64,000 bases of DNA from positions 1,609 to 65,608 of the forward strand of contig CACBOY010000004.1 in assembly GCA_902540995.1 (NCBI GenBank). The letters run 5' to 3'. The notes below the pieces were generated by a model, which was not told the DNA's origin, did not search any database, and saw only the letters and a list, made by a program, of their open reading frames with translations. This document shows positions 10,017 to 20,471 of the stretch, in pieces (the first letter of the stretch is position 1; every line of letters starts with the position of its first letter). The position numbers and the translations under genes were made by a program. Origin of the DNA: an uncultured SAR86 cluster bacterium (lineage in GTDB: Bacteria > Pseudomonadota > Gammaproteobacteria > Magnimaribacterales > AG-339-G14).

Positions 10017-11488
10017 TAGAGAAAATAAATTACCGAGAGAACCCCAACTACAGATAAAACAATAGTGTAGGGTAACGCCATCAAAACCATTCTTAAATAA
10101 GAAAGCCCTAAAAGAGGTGCAACAGAAGAAGTTAGAAGAAATAAAAATGCTGCTTGTCCGTTAGGAGTAGCAACACTTGGTAAGTTAGTTCCACTATTAA
10201 TTGCAATCGCTAACAAATCAAATTGTTCTCTTCCTATAGCTCCACTATCCAGGGCAGCTTTTACTTCGCTGATATAAATGGTAGCAACAAAAACATTATC
10301 ACTGATCATCGATAAAACACCATTCACCATGAAAAATACTGGAATTTGAATTTCTTGTTTAAGACTTAAGACGTAACTAATTACAGGGGTAAATAAATGT
10401 TGGTCATGAATAACTGCAACGACGGCAAAAAATACAACCAATAGCGCAGTAAAAGGAAGAGCTTCTTCAAAAGCTTTTCCTAGTTTTGGCTCCTCTATTA
10501 CTCCATTAAATGCAGTGAGCAATACAATGATCATCAAACCAATCAACCCTACAGCTGCAAGTCCAAAAGCTAGAGAAAAAACAAGCACCAAAGCAACAAT
10601 TGCTTGAGTAACGATTTTCATATTTTGAGCATCGGTTCTTTCTAGAGATTCTTGTTTATCAAAATCATAGAGTATTTGCCTAATATGACTTGGAAGTTGA
10701 ACACCAAAAGAAAACAAAGAAAATCTCTCTACGACATAACAAGTAATTAAGCCTGCTACAAAGACAGGAAAAGAAATCGGCAACATTTTCAAAAAGAACT
10801 CGATGAATGACCAATCTGCAACACTTGCAATCAATAAATTCTGAGGCTCTCCAACAGTAGTTGCAACTCCTCCCAAGGCAGTTCCGACAGCGCCATGCAT
10901 TAAGAGATTTCTGAGAAAACCTTTGAAAGTTTGAAATTCTTCAGAGTTCTCAGAAAATGATTCTTCCTTTGAGGCAACACTTTTGTAGACGTGATAAAAA
11001 CCTGCAGCTACTGCTATCAGAACGGCCATCACCGTTAACGCATCTAAAAAAGCAGACAGAAATGCTGCAGCAAATACAAAGAGCAAACACAAAAGCCTTT
11101 TATTTTTGATATTAATTAGAAGTTTGGTAAAGATGTACAAAAGAAAGTCTTTCATAAAATAAATACCAGCTACCATGAATACCAAAAGAAGAATTACCTT
11201 TAAATTCGCTTCAACTTCATAATAAATTTGTCCGGTATTCGTTAGACCCATCAAAATCGACTCTAACGCAATCAAGCCACCAGGTTGCAGGGGATAGCAC
11301 TTGATTGCCATCGCCAAAGTAAAGATAAACTCTCCTAAAATAATCCATCCAAGAATAAATCCTGCTGGCAAGCTCATAGCGTCGAATAAAACGTATATAA
11401 TCGGATTAACAATCAAGAAAGAAATGATTGTATTTTTATACCAATTAGGAGCAGCTCCCAAAAAATTATAATAAATCGAACTTATCAT
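10016..11488 (-). CDS. nhaB: Na+/H+ antiporter NhaB
   Basis: 490 aa polytopic membrane protein. N-terminus [24 protein letters not shown]...[21 protein letters not shown] closely parallels E. coli NhaB. Confidence 0.85.
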   Translation of the reverse strand: MISSIYYNFLGAAPNWYKNTIISFLIVNPIIYVLFDAMSLPAGFILGWIILGEFIFTLAMAIKCYPLQPGGLIALESILMGLTNTGQIYYEVEANLKVILLLVFMVAGIYFMKDFLLYIFTKLLINIKNKRLLCLLFVFAAAFLSAFLDALTVMAVLIAVAAGFYHVYKSVASKEESFSENSEEFQTFKGFLRNLLMHGAVGTALGGVATTVGEPQNLLIASVADWSFIEFFLKMLPISFPVFVAGLITCYVVERFSLFSFGVQLPSHIRQILYDFDKQESLERTDAQNMKIVTQAIVALVLVFSLAFGLAAVGLIGLMIIVLLTAFNGVIEEPKLGKAFEEALPFTALLVVFFAVVAVIHDQHLFTPVISYVLSLKQEIQIPVFFMVNGVLSMISDNVFVATIYISEVKAALDSGAIGREQFDLLAIAINSGTNLPSVATPNGQAAFLFLLTSSVAPLLGLSYLRMVLMALPYTIVLSVVGVLSVIYFL

Positions 11489-11499
11489 GGAGATTAAAC

Positions 11500-12330
11500 T
11501 TGTTTACCTTTGAACCAGCAAATTATATAGAAAATGAAGCCAAAGATTCAGTTTTCTTTGTAATATTTGATCAAAGCATCCTCTCGTTTTCAAATGAAAA
11601 TTTTATTAGACCCCTTACACAAGACGAATTGACTTGGTCTTACATTGAGGAAAAAGAAAGACATTTTTTAGGATATTTAAACAAACAACCATGTTATGTG
11701 ATTCTTGTTGAAAAAAATCAGTGTGAATTGGAACACTCAATTTTTATCGATATGCGTTCTGCTTTAGGTAGGATGCCTGATCAATTATTTGATGTCATTG
11801 CTAGATCGATTCAAATCATAAATTGGTCGAAAGACCATAAATTTTGTGGAAAATGTGGCGATGTATTGGAAAGACACCCATTAGAAAGGGCTTATCATAA
11901 AAAAGATTGTATTCAATGCAAAGGACAACTTGTGTATCCAAGAATTTCCCCATGTGTTATTACTTTGATATACAGAGAAAAAGAGTTTTTACTCGCGCAC
12001 AACAAAAATTTTCCTCCAAATTTTTATAGCACTCTGGCTGGTTTTATAGAGCCTGGAGAATCTGTAGAAAGTGCATTGAAAAGGGAAGTCAAAGAAGAAG
12101 TAAACATCAATATTAAAAATTTAGAGTATTTTTCTAGTCAAGCATGGCCATTTCCAAGCCAACTGATGTTGGGTTTTTATGCTGAATATGATTCTGGAGA
12201 ATTAAAACCCGATGGGGAGGAAATTGACGATGCTCAATGGTTTACTGTAGAAAGCATGCCAACAAATATTCCCCCAGCAAATATTTCAATTTCTGGAAAG
12301 TTGATAGAAAATTTTATTGATAAATCTTAG
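11500..12330 (+). CDS. nudC: NADH pyrophosphatase (Nudix hydrolase NudC)
   Basis: 276 aa, TTG start per track. Zn-ribbon cysteines (CGKCG...C..C) followed by the Nudix box [23 protein letters not shown] and downstream [11 protein letters not shown]. Confidence 0.8.
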   Translation: MFTFEPANYIENEAKDSVFFVIFDQSILSFSNENFIRPLTQDELTWSYIEEKERHFLGYLNKQPCYVILVEKNQCELEHSIFIDMRSALGRMPDQLFDVIARSIQIINWSKDHKFCGKCGDVLERHPLERAYHKKDCIQCKGQLVYPRISPCVITLIYREKEFLLAHNKNFPPNFYSTLAGFIEPGESVESALKREVKEEVNINIKNLEYFSSQAWPFPSQLMLGFYAEYDSGELKPDGEEIDDAQWFTVESMPTNIPPANISISGKLIENFIDKS

Positions 12331-12332
12331 AT

Positions 12333-14354
12333 TTATTTATTTCTTGGATCGTTTGCCGCTCGTTCTATAGTCTTCTTTTCTTCTATAACTTCTTTTTTAA
12401 CTTCTACTTCTTTTACTTTCTTAGGCCTACTTAACTTCCTAGGCTTTGGACTGACTTCATTTTTGACAATATTTTCCTTTTCTGAAGACAATCTAGTTTC
12501 AGTTATTTCCTTTGATTTGGATGTTTTGGTGTTTTCAGATTTTGGTTTTCTAGCATCTCTATGCTGTTTATCTTCAGATGAATTTTGAGATTTTCTCGAT
12601 TTAGAATTTGTCTTTTTATTATCCTTAGACTTAAAAGAATTTGATTTATTTCTGCCATCAAATCTATTTCTATTTTTTTGGTAAGGCCTTTTCCCTTGAT
12701 TCTTAGAATATTTAGATCTCTTATTTGATTTTTGAGATTTTTTCTTTGGCTTGTTGCTCTTAAAAAGTTCTAAAATTCTTTTAAATAATGATTTTTTTGG
12801 CCTACGTGATCTTTTAATATCTAAAAGAGGCTTTTCTTCAGAAGTTTTCTTCTTACTTTTCTTTTCAAAATGATCAGCAACAGAAATACTTGATCTATTT
12901 TTTTCAGGATCTATGACCTTGCCATCTTTTATTCTTATGACTTCAAACCTAGAATCGGGTCTGGTTGCATCAGAAATTACAACAAGTTTTACACTGCTTC
13001 TAGCTTCGATATCATTCAAGCGAACTCTTCTTTCATTTAGAAGTAGTGCTGACATATCGGGAGATACAATTGCTCTTACTTCACTAGTTTTTTCTTTACT
13101 TGACTCTTCTTCGAGCAATCTAAGAACCGCTGTCGAGAGGGTATTAATATCTTGAGTCCATCTTTCTTTCAGAGATGATCTAAGTCTTTGCCTTGATAGT
13201 TCGAGCAATCCAAACCTAGAAATACGTCCAATTTGAACTCTGGCTCTATCTTCAGAAAGCGCTTCTCTCATAGCATCTTCTACGGCACGTTTATTTTCAA
13301 GTTTCATCATATCGATGAAATCAATTACAACTAATCCTCCGATATCTCTGAGCCTCAATTGTCTTCCAATTTCTTCACAGGCTTCTATATTGGTTTTGAC
13401 TGCGGTCTCTTCAATATCCTTGCCGGAAGTAGCTTGTGAGGAATTTATATCTATTGCAACAAGTGCCTCCGCATCATCTATGACGATTGACCCACCAGAT
13501 GTAAGCTTTACTTCTCTTTGATAAGCAGTCTCAATTTGCGATTCAATCTGATATCTAGTGAAAAGAGGGAGAGTATTTTCATACTTATTAAGAATTTTAG
13601 CTTGATCGGGCATGACACGTTCAACAAACTCAGAAGCTTCTTCAAAAGCTTCTTCGGTATCAACCCAAATTTCCTCAATATCTTCTTTAAGATAATCTCT
13701 TAATGCTCTAATAATGATATCGCTTTCTTTAAAAATTAAAATTGGACTATTTTTTAAAGTATTTGCTTCACTGATGCCTTCCCAAACTCTTTGTAAGTAT
13801 TCTAAATCCCATTTAAGGTCTTCAAGGTCTTTTCCTTCTCCTGCAGTTCTAACAATTAATCCCATAGACTCAGGGACATTTAAAGACGCAATTCTTTCTT
13901 TAAGTTTATCTCTTTCTCTGCCCTCTAATCTTCTTGAGATTCCTGCTGCTTTTGGATTATTAGGCATTAAAACTAAATATCTACCAGCTAGACTTATATT
14001 AGTAGTAAGAGCTGCCCCTTTGTTACCTCGTTCGTCTTTTTCAACTTGAACAAGAATTTCTTGATCTTTTTTTAAACAATCTGAGACAGATAGTCTTGAA
14101 TTACGATTGTGTCTTTCAGGATAAAATTGGGGAGAAATTTCTTTAAAAGGTAAAAAACCGTGTCTTTCTGCACCATAGTTTACAAAAGCAGCTCCTAAAC
14201 TTGGTTCAATTCTACTAACTTTACCTTTATATATATTTCCTTTTCTACGGATTTCACTGATATTTTCAATATCCAAATCGTACAAAAGATTTCCTTCTGT
14301 TATGGCGACTCTCAGTTCTTCCGGCTGTGTAGCATTGATAAGCATCCTTTTCAT
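12333..14354 (-). CDS. rne: Ribonuclease E (short form with a Lys/Ser/Arg-rich C-terminal tail)
   Basis: 673 aa. MKRMLINATQPEELRVA..., S1 domain (GNIYKGKVSRIEPSLGAAFV), DNase-I-like IVIDDAEALVAIDINS, Zn-link region. Divergent from rluC as in E. coli. Confidence 0.9.
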   Translation of the reverse strand: MKRMLINATQPEELRVAITEGNLLYDLDIENISEIRRKGNIYKGKVSRIEPSLGAAFVNYGAERHGFLPFKEISPQFYPERHNRNSRLSVSDCLKKDQEILVQVEKDERGNKGAALTTNISLAGRYLVLMPNNPKAAGISRRLEGRERDKLKERIASLNVPESMGLIVRTAGEGKDLEDLKWDLEYLQRVWEGISEANTLKNSPILIFKESDIIIRALRDYLKEDIEEIWVDTEEAFEEASEFVERVMPDQAKILNKYENTLPLFTRYQIESQIETAYQREVKLTSGGSIVIDDAEALVAIDINSSQATSGKDIEETAVKTNIEACEEIGRQLRLRDIGGLVVIDFIDMMKLENKRAVEDAMREALSEDRARVQIGRISRFGLLELSRQRLRSSLKERWTQDINTLSTAVLRLLEEESSKEKTSEVRAIVSPDMSALLLNERRVRLNDIEARSSVKLVVISDATRPDSRFEVIRIKDGKVIDPEKNRSSISVADHFEKKSKKKTSEEKPLLDIKRSRRPKKSLFKRILELFKSNKPKKKSQKSNKRSKYSKNQGKRPYQKNRNRFDGRNKSNSFKSKDNKKTNSKSRKSQNSSEDKQHRDARKPKSENTKTSKSKEITETRLSSEKENIVKNEVSPKPRKLSRPKKVKEVEVKKEVIEEKKTIERAANDPRNK

Positions 14355-14564
14355 AGTTTCACCTCATGAAAATGCTTAAATATAAAACGTAATAACCCCT
14401 AAAGAGGTTTTTATTGATATAAATATTAGGTTTTACGCCCTAGCTACCTAACTTTAATAAATTCTTATATTTAAACTAAATTAAAATTCTTGCCCTAAAA
14501 TAATATTAATAAGGGTCTTTGAAGCGTATTCTAGAGAAAATATACAAAGAAATCTAAATTATTT

Positions 14565-15479
14565 ATGCCTGAAGTAAAGAAAATAATTATAAATGAAAAT
14601 ATTTCCGGCCAAAGATTGGATAATTTTTTATTGAATCAATTAAAAGGCGTTCCAAAGTCCAAGGTTTACTCCATCATCAGAAAAGGTGAAATCAGAATTA
14701 ACAGCAAGAGAAAAAAACCTTCTTATAAATTAGTAATCGGTGATGAAGTTAGAGTCCCACCAATTAAGACTTCATCAAAAGAAAGTCAATTTGTTCCTAC
14801 CAATGTTATTGCTTTGCTAAGAGCCTCAATCGTGGAAGAAAATGACGATTACATTGCTTTAGACAAACCCGAGGGTATTGCCTCGCATGGCGGAAGTGGA
14901 ATATCAATTGGCGTAATAGAAACGATTAGAAATTTCGGCAAATCCTATAGAGATGCAAAATTGGTTCATAGATTAGATAAAGATACATCAGGTTGCCAAG
15001 TAATTGCTAAAAACAATAAATTTTTAAGAAACTGCAATAAATTAATCTCGGAAAGAAAAGTTAAAAAAACCTACCAAGCTATTGTCCATGGAAACTGGAT
15101 TCATAAAGATGGGATCTATGAAATAAATATTGAAAAAAATATGCTTATTGGCAAAGAAAGAATGGTCAGGATTTCAGATGGAGGAAGAATTGCTAAAACC
15201 TTTTTTAAAGTTATTGAATCTTCAAAGCATTTTTCGCTCATTCAGTGTGAATTGATTACAGGAAGAACTCATCAATTAAGAGTTCATCTTTCAGAATTAG
15301 GATTTCCAATCGTAGGAGACAAGAAATATGGAATAAAAGAAAACAAGTTTCCAACAAGCTCAGGTCATAAAAAAAGGATGTACCTTCATGCAAACTCTTT
15401 TATTTCTAAGGATTTGAATATTCATATAAACGTAAAGCCTCCAAAAGAGTTTAAAAAAATACTTAAAAATGATGAATAA
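14565..15479 (+). CDS. rluC: 23S rRNA pseudouridine synthase RluC (RluA family)
   Basis: 304 aa. S4-like N-terminus, HRLDKDTSG catalytic Asp motif, GRTHQLRVH. Conserved position divergent from rne. Confidence 0.8.
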   Translation: MPEVKKIIINENISGQRLDNFLLNQLKGVPKSKVYSIIRKGEIRINSKRKKPSYKLVIGDEVRVPPIKTSSKESQFVPTNVIALLRASIVEENDDYIALDKPEGIASHGGSGISIGVIETIRNFGKSYRDAKLVHRLDKDTSGCQVIAKNNKFLRNCNKLISERKVKKTYQAIVHGNWIHKDGIYEINIEKNMLIGKERMVRISDGGRIAKTFFKVIESSKHFSLIQCELITGRTHQLRVHLSELGFPIVGDKKYGIKENKFPTSSGHKKRMYLHANSFISKDLNIHINVKPPKEFKKILKNDE

Positions 15480-15514
15480 ATTTTTAAATTGTCCTAGAAT
15501 TGCGTTTCTAAATT

Positions 15515-15721
15515 ATGGCTGTACAAAAAAGCAAGGTATCCAGAGCAAGACGGGGCGCAAGACGTGCTCATAACGCTTTAAAAAAAGAAGCTCTATCACT
15601 AGACCCTGTTACTGGTGAAAAGCATCTTAGGCATCATATGACAAAAGATGGTTTTTTTAAGGGAAGAAAAATACTGGATATAAAAACAAAGGATGATTCA
15701 ACCGAAGACTCCCCTAGTTAG
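15515..15721 (+). CDS. rpmF: 50S ribosomal protein L32 (with an acidic extension of about 11 aa)
   Basis: MAVQKSKVSRARRGARRAHNAL...GEKHLRHHMTKDGFFKGRK matches L32. Confidence 0.9.
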   Translation: MAVQKSKVSRARRGARRAHNALKKEALSLDPVTGEKHLRHHMTKDGFFKGRKILDIKTKDDSTEDSPS

Positions 15722-15724
15722 TTA

Positions 15725-16456
15725 GTGTCAAAAAAAACCGTTTTAATTACTGGAGCCTCAAGAGGAATAGGCAAGGCTATTCTTGAATCTTTAAATAACG
15801 AATATTTCATTGTTGGAACTGGAACTTCGGAAGCTAGTGTTCAAAGTATTTTAGAAAATATAAATTCAATGAATATTGATGGTAATGCCTTCAAATTAGA
15901 TCTAGGCGATAGAGATTCAATTAAAGATTTAACTTCTCTACTCGATTCGAAAGAAATTTATCCTGATATATTGATTAACAACGCTGGAATTACCAGAGAT
16001 AACATCATGTTAAGAATGAAAGATGATGAGTGGGATAATGTAATTGATGTCCACCTTAATGGACAATACTTACTCATTAAATCATTTATTAAAAAAATGG
16101 TTAAAAACAGGTGGGGTAGAATAATCAATATTTCTTCTACTTCAGCTGTTCTTGGAAACAAAGGACAAGCCAACTATGCTGCAGCAAAAGCAGGGATTGA
16201 AGCAATGTCTAGATCGCTGGCTAGGGAATTAGGTTCAAGAAATATTAATGTGAATTGCGTTGCCCCAGGCTTTATAGAAACAGACATGACAAAGGAAATA
16301 TCAGATGGAAATGAAGACTTTTTAGCCTCCCAAATCCCTCTAGGAAGACTAGGAAAACCCAATGAAATTGCTGAAGTAGTGAATTTCTTGGCTTCAGACC
16401 AGGCAAATTATATTACAGGGCAGACTATTCATGTTAATGGTGGCCTCTATATGTAA
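15725..16456 (+). CDS. fabG: 3-oxoacyl-ACP reductase
   Basis: 243 aa, GTG start. TGASRGIGKA, NNAGIT, YAAAKAG catalytic YxxxK, GQTIHVNGG. Sits directly upstream of acpP-fabF. Confidence 0.9.
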   Translation: MSKKTVLITGASRGIGKAILESLNNEYFIVGTGTSEASVQSILENINSMNIDGNAFKLDLGDRDSIKDLTSLLDSKEIYPDILINNAGITRDNIMLRMKDDEWDNVIDVHLNGQYLLIKSFIKKMVKNRWGRIINISSTSAVLGNKGQANYAAAKAGIEAMSRSLARELGSRNINVNCVAPGFIETDMTKEISDGNEDFLASQIPLGRLGKPNEIAEVVNFLASDQANYITGQTIHVNGGLYM

Positions 16457-16497
16457 CTTGACTTGCACAAAATTGGTACATTAATTTTACGATTATT

Positions 16498-16527
16498 TTG
16501 AAAAAAATTTTTTTAAAGGTATATAAT
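16498..16527 (+). promoter_or_regulatory. Candidate sigma70 promoter for acpP (TTGAAA-18 nt-TATAAT)
   Basis: TTGAAA at 16498-16503 and TATAAT at 16522-16527, about 28 nt upstream of the acpP ATG. Sequence match only, in AT-rich DNA. Confidence 0.35.
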
Positions 16528-16554
16528 TCACACAATTCTTAAATAGAGGTTCGT

Positions 16555-16788
16555 ATGAGCAGTACTGAAGATAGAGTTCGCAGGATAGTTTGCGAACAAT
16601 TAGGGGTTGGTGAAGAGGAAGTGACTCTTTCCGCTAGCTTTATTGATGATCTCGGAGCAGATTCATTAGATACTGTTGAATTAGTCATGGCTTTTGAAGA
16701 GGAATTTGAAATTGAAATTCCTGATGAAGAGGCAGAAAAGATAGCTACTGTTGAGGACGCAGTAAACTATATAGATTCTGCAGAATAA
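16555..16788 (+). CDS. acpP: Acyl carrier protein
   Basis: 77 aa. [20 protein letters not shown] phosphopantetheine-attachment motif. Confidence 0.95.
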   Translation: MSSTEDRVRRIVCEQLGVGEEEVTLSASFIDDLGADSLDTVELVMAFEEEFEIEIPDEEAEKIATVEDAVNYIDSAE

Positions 16789-16800
16789 GCTTTTTTAAAT

Positions 16801-18039
16801 ATGTCAGAACAAAGGCGGGTTGTCGTAACTGGTCTTGGCATTGTTTCCCCATTAGGAAATGACCTGGATTCCACTTGGTCAAATATAATAAACGGTAAAA
16901 GCGGCGCTGGTCGAATAACAAAATTCGATCCAGCAGGTTTCTCAACTACCTTTGCTGCAGAATTGAAAGGATATAATCAGGCTTCAGGACTTTCTCCAAA
17001 AGAAATTAGACGTATAGATCCTTTTATTCAATATGCACTAACTGCATCCGATCAAGCTATAAAAGATTCTAATTTGTCCCTAGATGATATTGAAAACACA
17101 AGAATAGGCGTTTCTATTGGTTCAGGTATTGGTGGATTGGGTAGTATTGAAGATAATGCTCTAATTCTAGGAGATAAAGGCCCAAGAAAAATTTCTCCTT
17201 TTTTTGTTCCAGGAGCAATTATTAATATGGCTTCTGGAAATGTTGCGATTAAATATAATTTACAGGGGCCTAACATCTCAATTGTTTCTGCATGCTCTAG
17301 CGCGGGTCACAGTATAGGCTATTCAGCAAGAACCATTTCTTATGGGGATGCAGATATTATGATCACTGGTGGCGCAGAAGCTGGAATCACTCCTTTAGGG
17401 CTAGCAGGGTTTAATGCCGCAAAAGCTCTTTCGACAAATAATGAAAATCCTGAGTCAGCAAGTTGTCCTTGGGATAAAAAAAGAGATGGATTTCTATTAG
17501 GTGAGGGCGCAGGAATATTGATTTTAGAAGAACTGGAGTCGGCAAAAAGTAGAAAAGCTAAGATTTATGGGGAGGTAGTAGGTTTTGGGCAAAGCGACGA
17601 TGCGTATCATATTACTGCACCTGCTGAAGATGGAAGAGGCGCCTACAATGCAATGATCAATGCTTTAAATGATTTCAAAGAAGATTATGACAAGATTGAT
17701 TATATAAACGCTCATGGTACATCTACTCCCTTAGGCGATGTAATAGAAGCCAAAGCAATAGCAGAAATATTCAAAGGCAGAAAAAACTTATCTGTAAGTT
17801 CAACAAAATCAATGACAGGTCATTTATTGGGTGCTGCAGGAGCAATTGAGGCTATTTTTTGTCTACTTGCAATGAGAGATTCTGTTATTCCTCCAACAAT
17901 AAATTTGAACGATCCCGATAATGAGTTTGATCTTGATTTGACTCCAAATAAATCAAAAACCAAAGAAGTCAATTTTGCCATGAGTAATTCTTTTGGTTTT
18001 GGCGGGACGAATGTATCCTTAATTTTTAAAAAACTTTAG
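16801..18039 (+). CDS. fabF: 3-oxoacyl-ACP synthase II
   Basis: 412 aa. RRVVVTGLG, active-site ACSS, HGTSTP, NSFGFGGTN. Confidence 0.95.
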   Translation: MSEQRRVVVTGLGIVSPLGNDLDSTWSNIINGKSGAGRITKFDPAGFSTTFAAELKGYNQASGLSPKEIRRIDPFIQYALTASDQAIKDSNLSLDDIENTRIGVSIGSGIGGLGSIEDNALILGDKGPRKISPFFVPGAIINMASGNVAIKYNLQGPNISIVSACSSAGHSIGYSARTISYGDADIMITGGAEAGITPLGLAGFNAAKALSTNNENPESASCPWDKKRDGFLLGEGAGILILEELESAKSRKAKIYGEVVGFGQSDDAYHITAPAEDGRGAYNAMINALNDFKEDYDKIDYINAHGTSTPLGDVIEAKAIAEIFKGRKNLSVSSTKSMTGHLLGAAGAIEAIFCLLAMRDSVIPPTINLNDPDNEFDLDLTPNKSKTKEVNFAMSNSFGFGGTNVSLIFKKL

Positions 18040-18959
18040 TGAAATACTTATTTTTTTTGATATTTTCTTTGAATATCATTTTTTATATTTTTTTAATTAA
18101 TAAGCCTTTAAATATCGAATCAGATTTTATGATTGAAGAAGGTAATAACTTAAATGAGATTTTTGCAAGTTTAGAAGAAAAAAATATATATTTTCCCAAA
18201 GCTATAAAACTAATTTTCAATGTTTCTGGAATAGATAAAAAAATTTATTTAGGGAAATACAAAATTGATATTAATGATTCGCTAATTGATATTTTTAAAA
18301 ATATTTATTTTGGGAAGATAATCTTAAAAAAATTTATTATTAGTGAAGGATCAAAAATAACCGATTTATTTTCAAATAAAATTATCAAAAGATTTTGTCA
18401 AACTGCTAATTTCCAAAATGAATGTGAATTAGAAGGTTATGCAAAACCAGATGTTTATCTCTATGACAGGGAAATCGAATTATTGTCTATCTTAAAAAAA
18501 TCCATAGAAAATCAAATGGCTGATTTAAATAAATCTTGGAATGAACGCAATAGTAAATTAGTCAACTTTTCCAAAAAAGAAATCTTAATCATTGCTTCTA
18601 TTTTAGAAAAAGAATCTTGTGCAAATGAAAGAGAAAAAATATCAGGAGTCATTTACAACAGACTAAAAAATAATATGCTGCTGCAAATGGATTCAACAAC
18701 AATATATGGTCTAAAAGATTTCAATGGTAACCTTAAGAAGAAAGATTTGAGAGATTCTTCCTTATATAATACTTATATGCACAAAGGATTACCTCCAGGC
18801 CCTATTTCAAATCCATCAAGAAACTCAATATTTGCAGCTGCTCAACCAGAAGAGCATGATTATTTATACTTTGTAGCCAAAGATAAATGTAGTCATGAAT
18901 TCTCAACTAATTACGACGATCATCTTAAAGCAGTAAAAAAATATCAGTTACGCCAATAA
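18039..18959 (+). CDS. mltG: Endolytic murein transglycosylase MltG (YceG family)
   Basis: 306 aa. N-terminal TM helix, ILIIASILEKE, SGVIYNRL, LQMDSTTIYG, YNTYMHKGLPPGPISNP motifs. Conserved position between fabF and tmk. Confidence 0.85.
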   Translation: MKYLFFLIFSLNIIFYIFLINKPLNIESDFMIEEGNNLNEIFASLEEKNIYFPKAIKLIFNVSGIDKKIYLGKYKIDINDSLIDIFKNIYFGKIILKKFIISEGSKITDLFSNKIIKRFCQTANFQNECELEGYAKPDVYLYDREIELLSILKKSIENQMADLNKSWNERNSKLVNFSKKEILIIASILEKESCANEREKISGVIYNRLKNNMLLQMDSTTIYGLKDFNGNLKKKDLRDSSLYNTYMHKGLPPGPISNPSRNSIFAAAQPEEHDYLYFVAKDKCSHEFSTNYDDHLKAVKKYQLRQ

Positions 18960-19570
18960 TGTTTATTACTTTAGAGGGTAGCGAAGGAGCAGGTAAATCT
19001 ACACTGATAGAGAGCTTAAAAAAATATTTTTTAAATAACAATATAGAATTCATTTTCACAAAAGAACCTGGTGCCACAGAAGAGGGTGCAGAATTGAGAA
19101 AACTTCTTCTAGACAAAACTATAGAGTTAGATCCAATTTCCGAAACCTTTCTTCTCCTTGCAGATAGAATTGAACACGTAAAAAAAATCATTAATCCAGC
19201 TTTAGAGGAAAATAAAAACGTTTTATCTGATAGATATTTAGATTCCACTTATGCTTACCAAGGAGCAGGAAGAAAAATTAACAAAGAAGAATTAGACAAA
19301 CTTATAAAACCACTAAAATTTCCAGTACCCGATCTGACTATTTATTTGGATTTACCTGTAGAAGAAGGACTTAATAGAGCAAAAGGAAGAGATGGGCTCG
19401 ATAGATTTGAAGAAGAAGAAATAGACTTCTTTGAAAGAATAAGAAATTCATATCTGAAGCTTGCAAAAGAAGATTCAAAACGAATAGTCACAATAGATTC
19501 AACAAAAAGCGAAAAAGAAGTTTTTGAATTGGCAAAAAACTATATAGAAAAAAAATTAAATGAAAGCTGA
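18959..19570 (+). CDS. tmk: Thymidylate kinase
   Basis: 203 aa. FITLEGSEGAGKST P-loop, DRYLDSTYAYQG. TAATG overlap with mltG. Confidence 0.9.
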   Translation: MFITLEGSEGAGKSTLIESLKKYFLNNNIEFIFTKEPGATEEGAELRKLLLDKTIELDPISETFLLLADRIEHVKKIINPALEENKNVLSDRYLDSTYAYQGAGRKINKEELDKLIKPLKFPVPDLTIYLDLPVEEGLNRAKGRDGLDRFEEEEIDFFERIRNSYLKLAKEDSKRIVTIDSTKSEKEVFELAKNYIEKKLNES

Positions 19571-20471
19571 TTTCTTTAAAGAATTAAATTTAAATAATAT
19601 TTCACATGCATATCTTTTTGAGTGTAAAGACTCTAATGAATCTCATAAGTTAATAGATAATTTCATTAAGAAAATTTTATGCACTTCCAATAAAGAAAAA
19701 CCTATTTTTTGTGATGAATGTAAATCCTGTAAATCTTTCAATGGAAATTCAAATCCAGATTATTTAGAGATATTTCCAGATGATAAAGACAAGATAGGAA
19801 TAGGATCTCTCAGAGGCGATTCCGATAAAAATCGAGGAATCATCAATGTTTTAAATGAGACCTCACTTATTTCTAATGCAAAAGTAATCAAAATTAATTG
19901 TGCCGAAAAACTCAATGATGAAGCTCAAAATTACTTATTGAAGATATTAGAAGAGCCGCCTAAAAATTCTCATATCATTATGCTTTCTTCAAGGCCTTTT
20001 AAATTAAAGAAAACTATTTTAAGCAGATTAGTAAAAATAAATATTCAAGAGACAGGATTAATAAATGAATTTAATGGAATAAAAATTGATCCATTATTTT
20101 CCGAAATTCTCTATAGAGAATATGACTTAGATGCAATGTCAGAAAAGGAATTTAATTTTTTATCGGATCTTTTTAAAAACACTATAGAGTCATTAGATAA
20201 CTTTAACTTTTCAAAAGAAAGGATACTAGATACTTGGAATGATGATTATTTAAACTTCAGATTAAATGTTTTAAAGCAAAATATTTTTCAGACAATTTTA
20301 GGGAAATTCAAAAAAACAAATAATAAAAATTTAGTAATAACTTCGTCACTTAATGAAGAAAGACTCTTTTTATTTTTAGAAGAAATTATTTCTCTTCAGG
20401 CTTTGTTGGCAAATAAGGTACCTATTAATAAGAAAGTCCAATTAGACGCTATCTTTGATTTCATCCAGTGA
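19560..20471 (+). CDS. holB: DNA polymerase III delta-prime subunit
   Basis: 303 aa. Cys-rich Zn module (CDECKSCKSF), NYLLKILEEPP, SR..K motif region. Follows tmk as in E. coli. Confidence 0.75.
   Translation: MKADFFKELNLNNISHAYLFECKDSNESHKLIDNFIKKILCTSNKEKPIFCDECKSCKSFNGNSNPDYLEIFPDDKDKIGIGSLRGDSDKNRGIINVLNETSLISNAKVIKINCAEKLNDEAQNYLLKILEEPPKNSHIIMLSSRPFKLKKTILSRLVKINIQETGLINEFNGIKIDPLFSEILYREYDLDAMSEKEFNFLSDLFKNTIESLDNFNFSKERILDTWNDDYLNFRLNVLKQNIFQTILGKFKKTNNKNLVITSSLNEERLFLFLEEIISLQALLANKVPINKKVQLDAIFDFIQ

Noticed and set aside
12913-14049. Several 60-110-aa plus-strand ORFs antisense to rne, and similar shadows within metG, fabG, icd, clpA and other genes.
   Set aside because: They are typical shadow ORFs in AT-rich coding DNA. 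Their Ser/Leu/Ile-rich translations carry no motifs and lie wholly inside well-supported genes.
14355-14564. The 210-bp rne/rluC intergenic region was examined for a structured RNA or small RNA gene.
   Set aside because: It is very AT-rich with no convincing extended stems or conserved RNA motifs that I can recognise. It most likely holds divergent promoters plus the rne leader, which I cannot resolve by eye.
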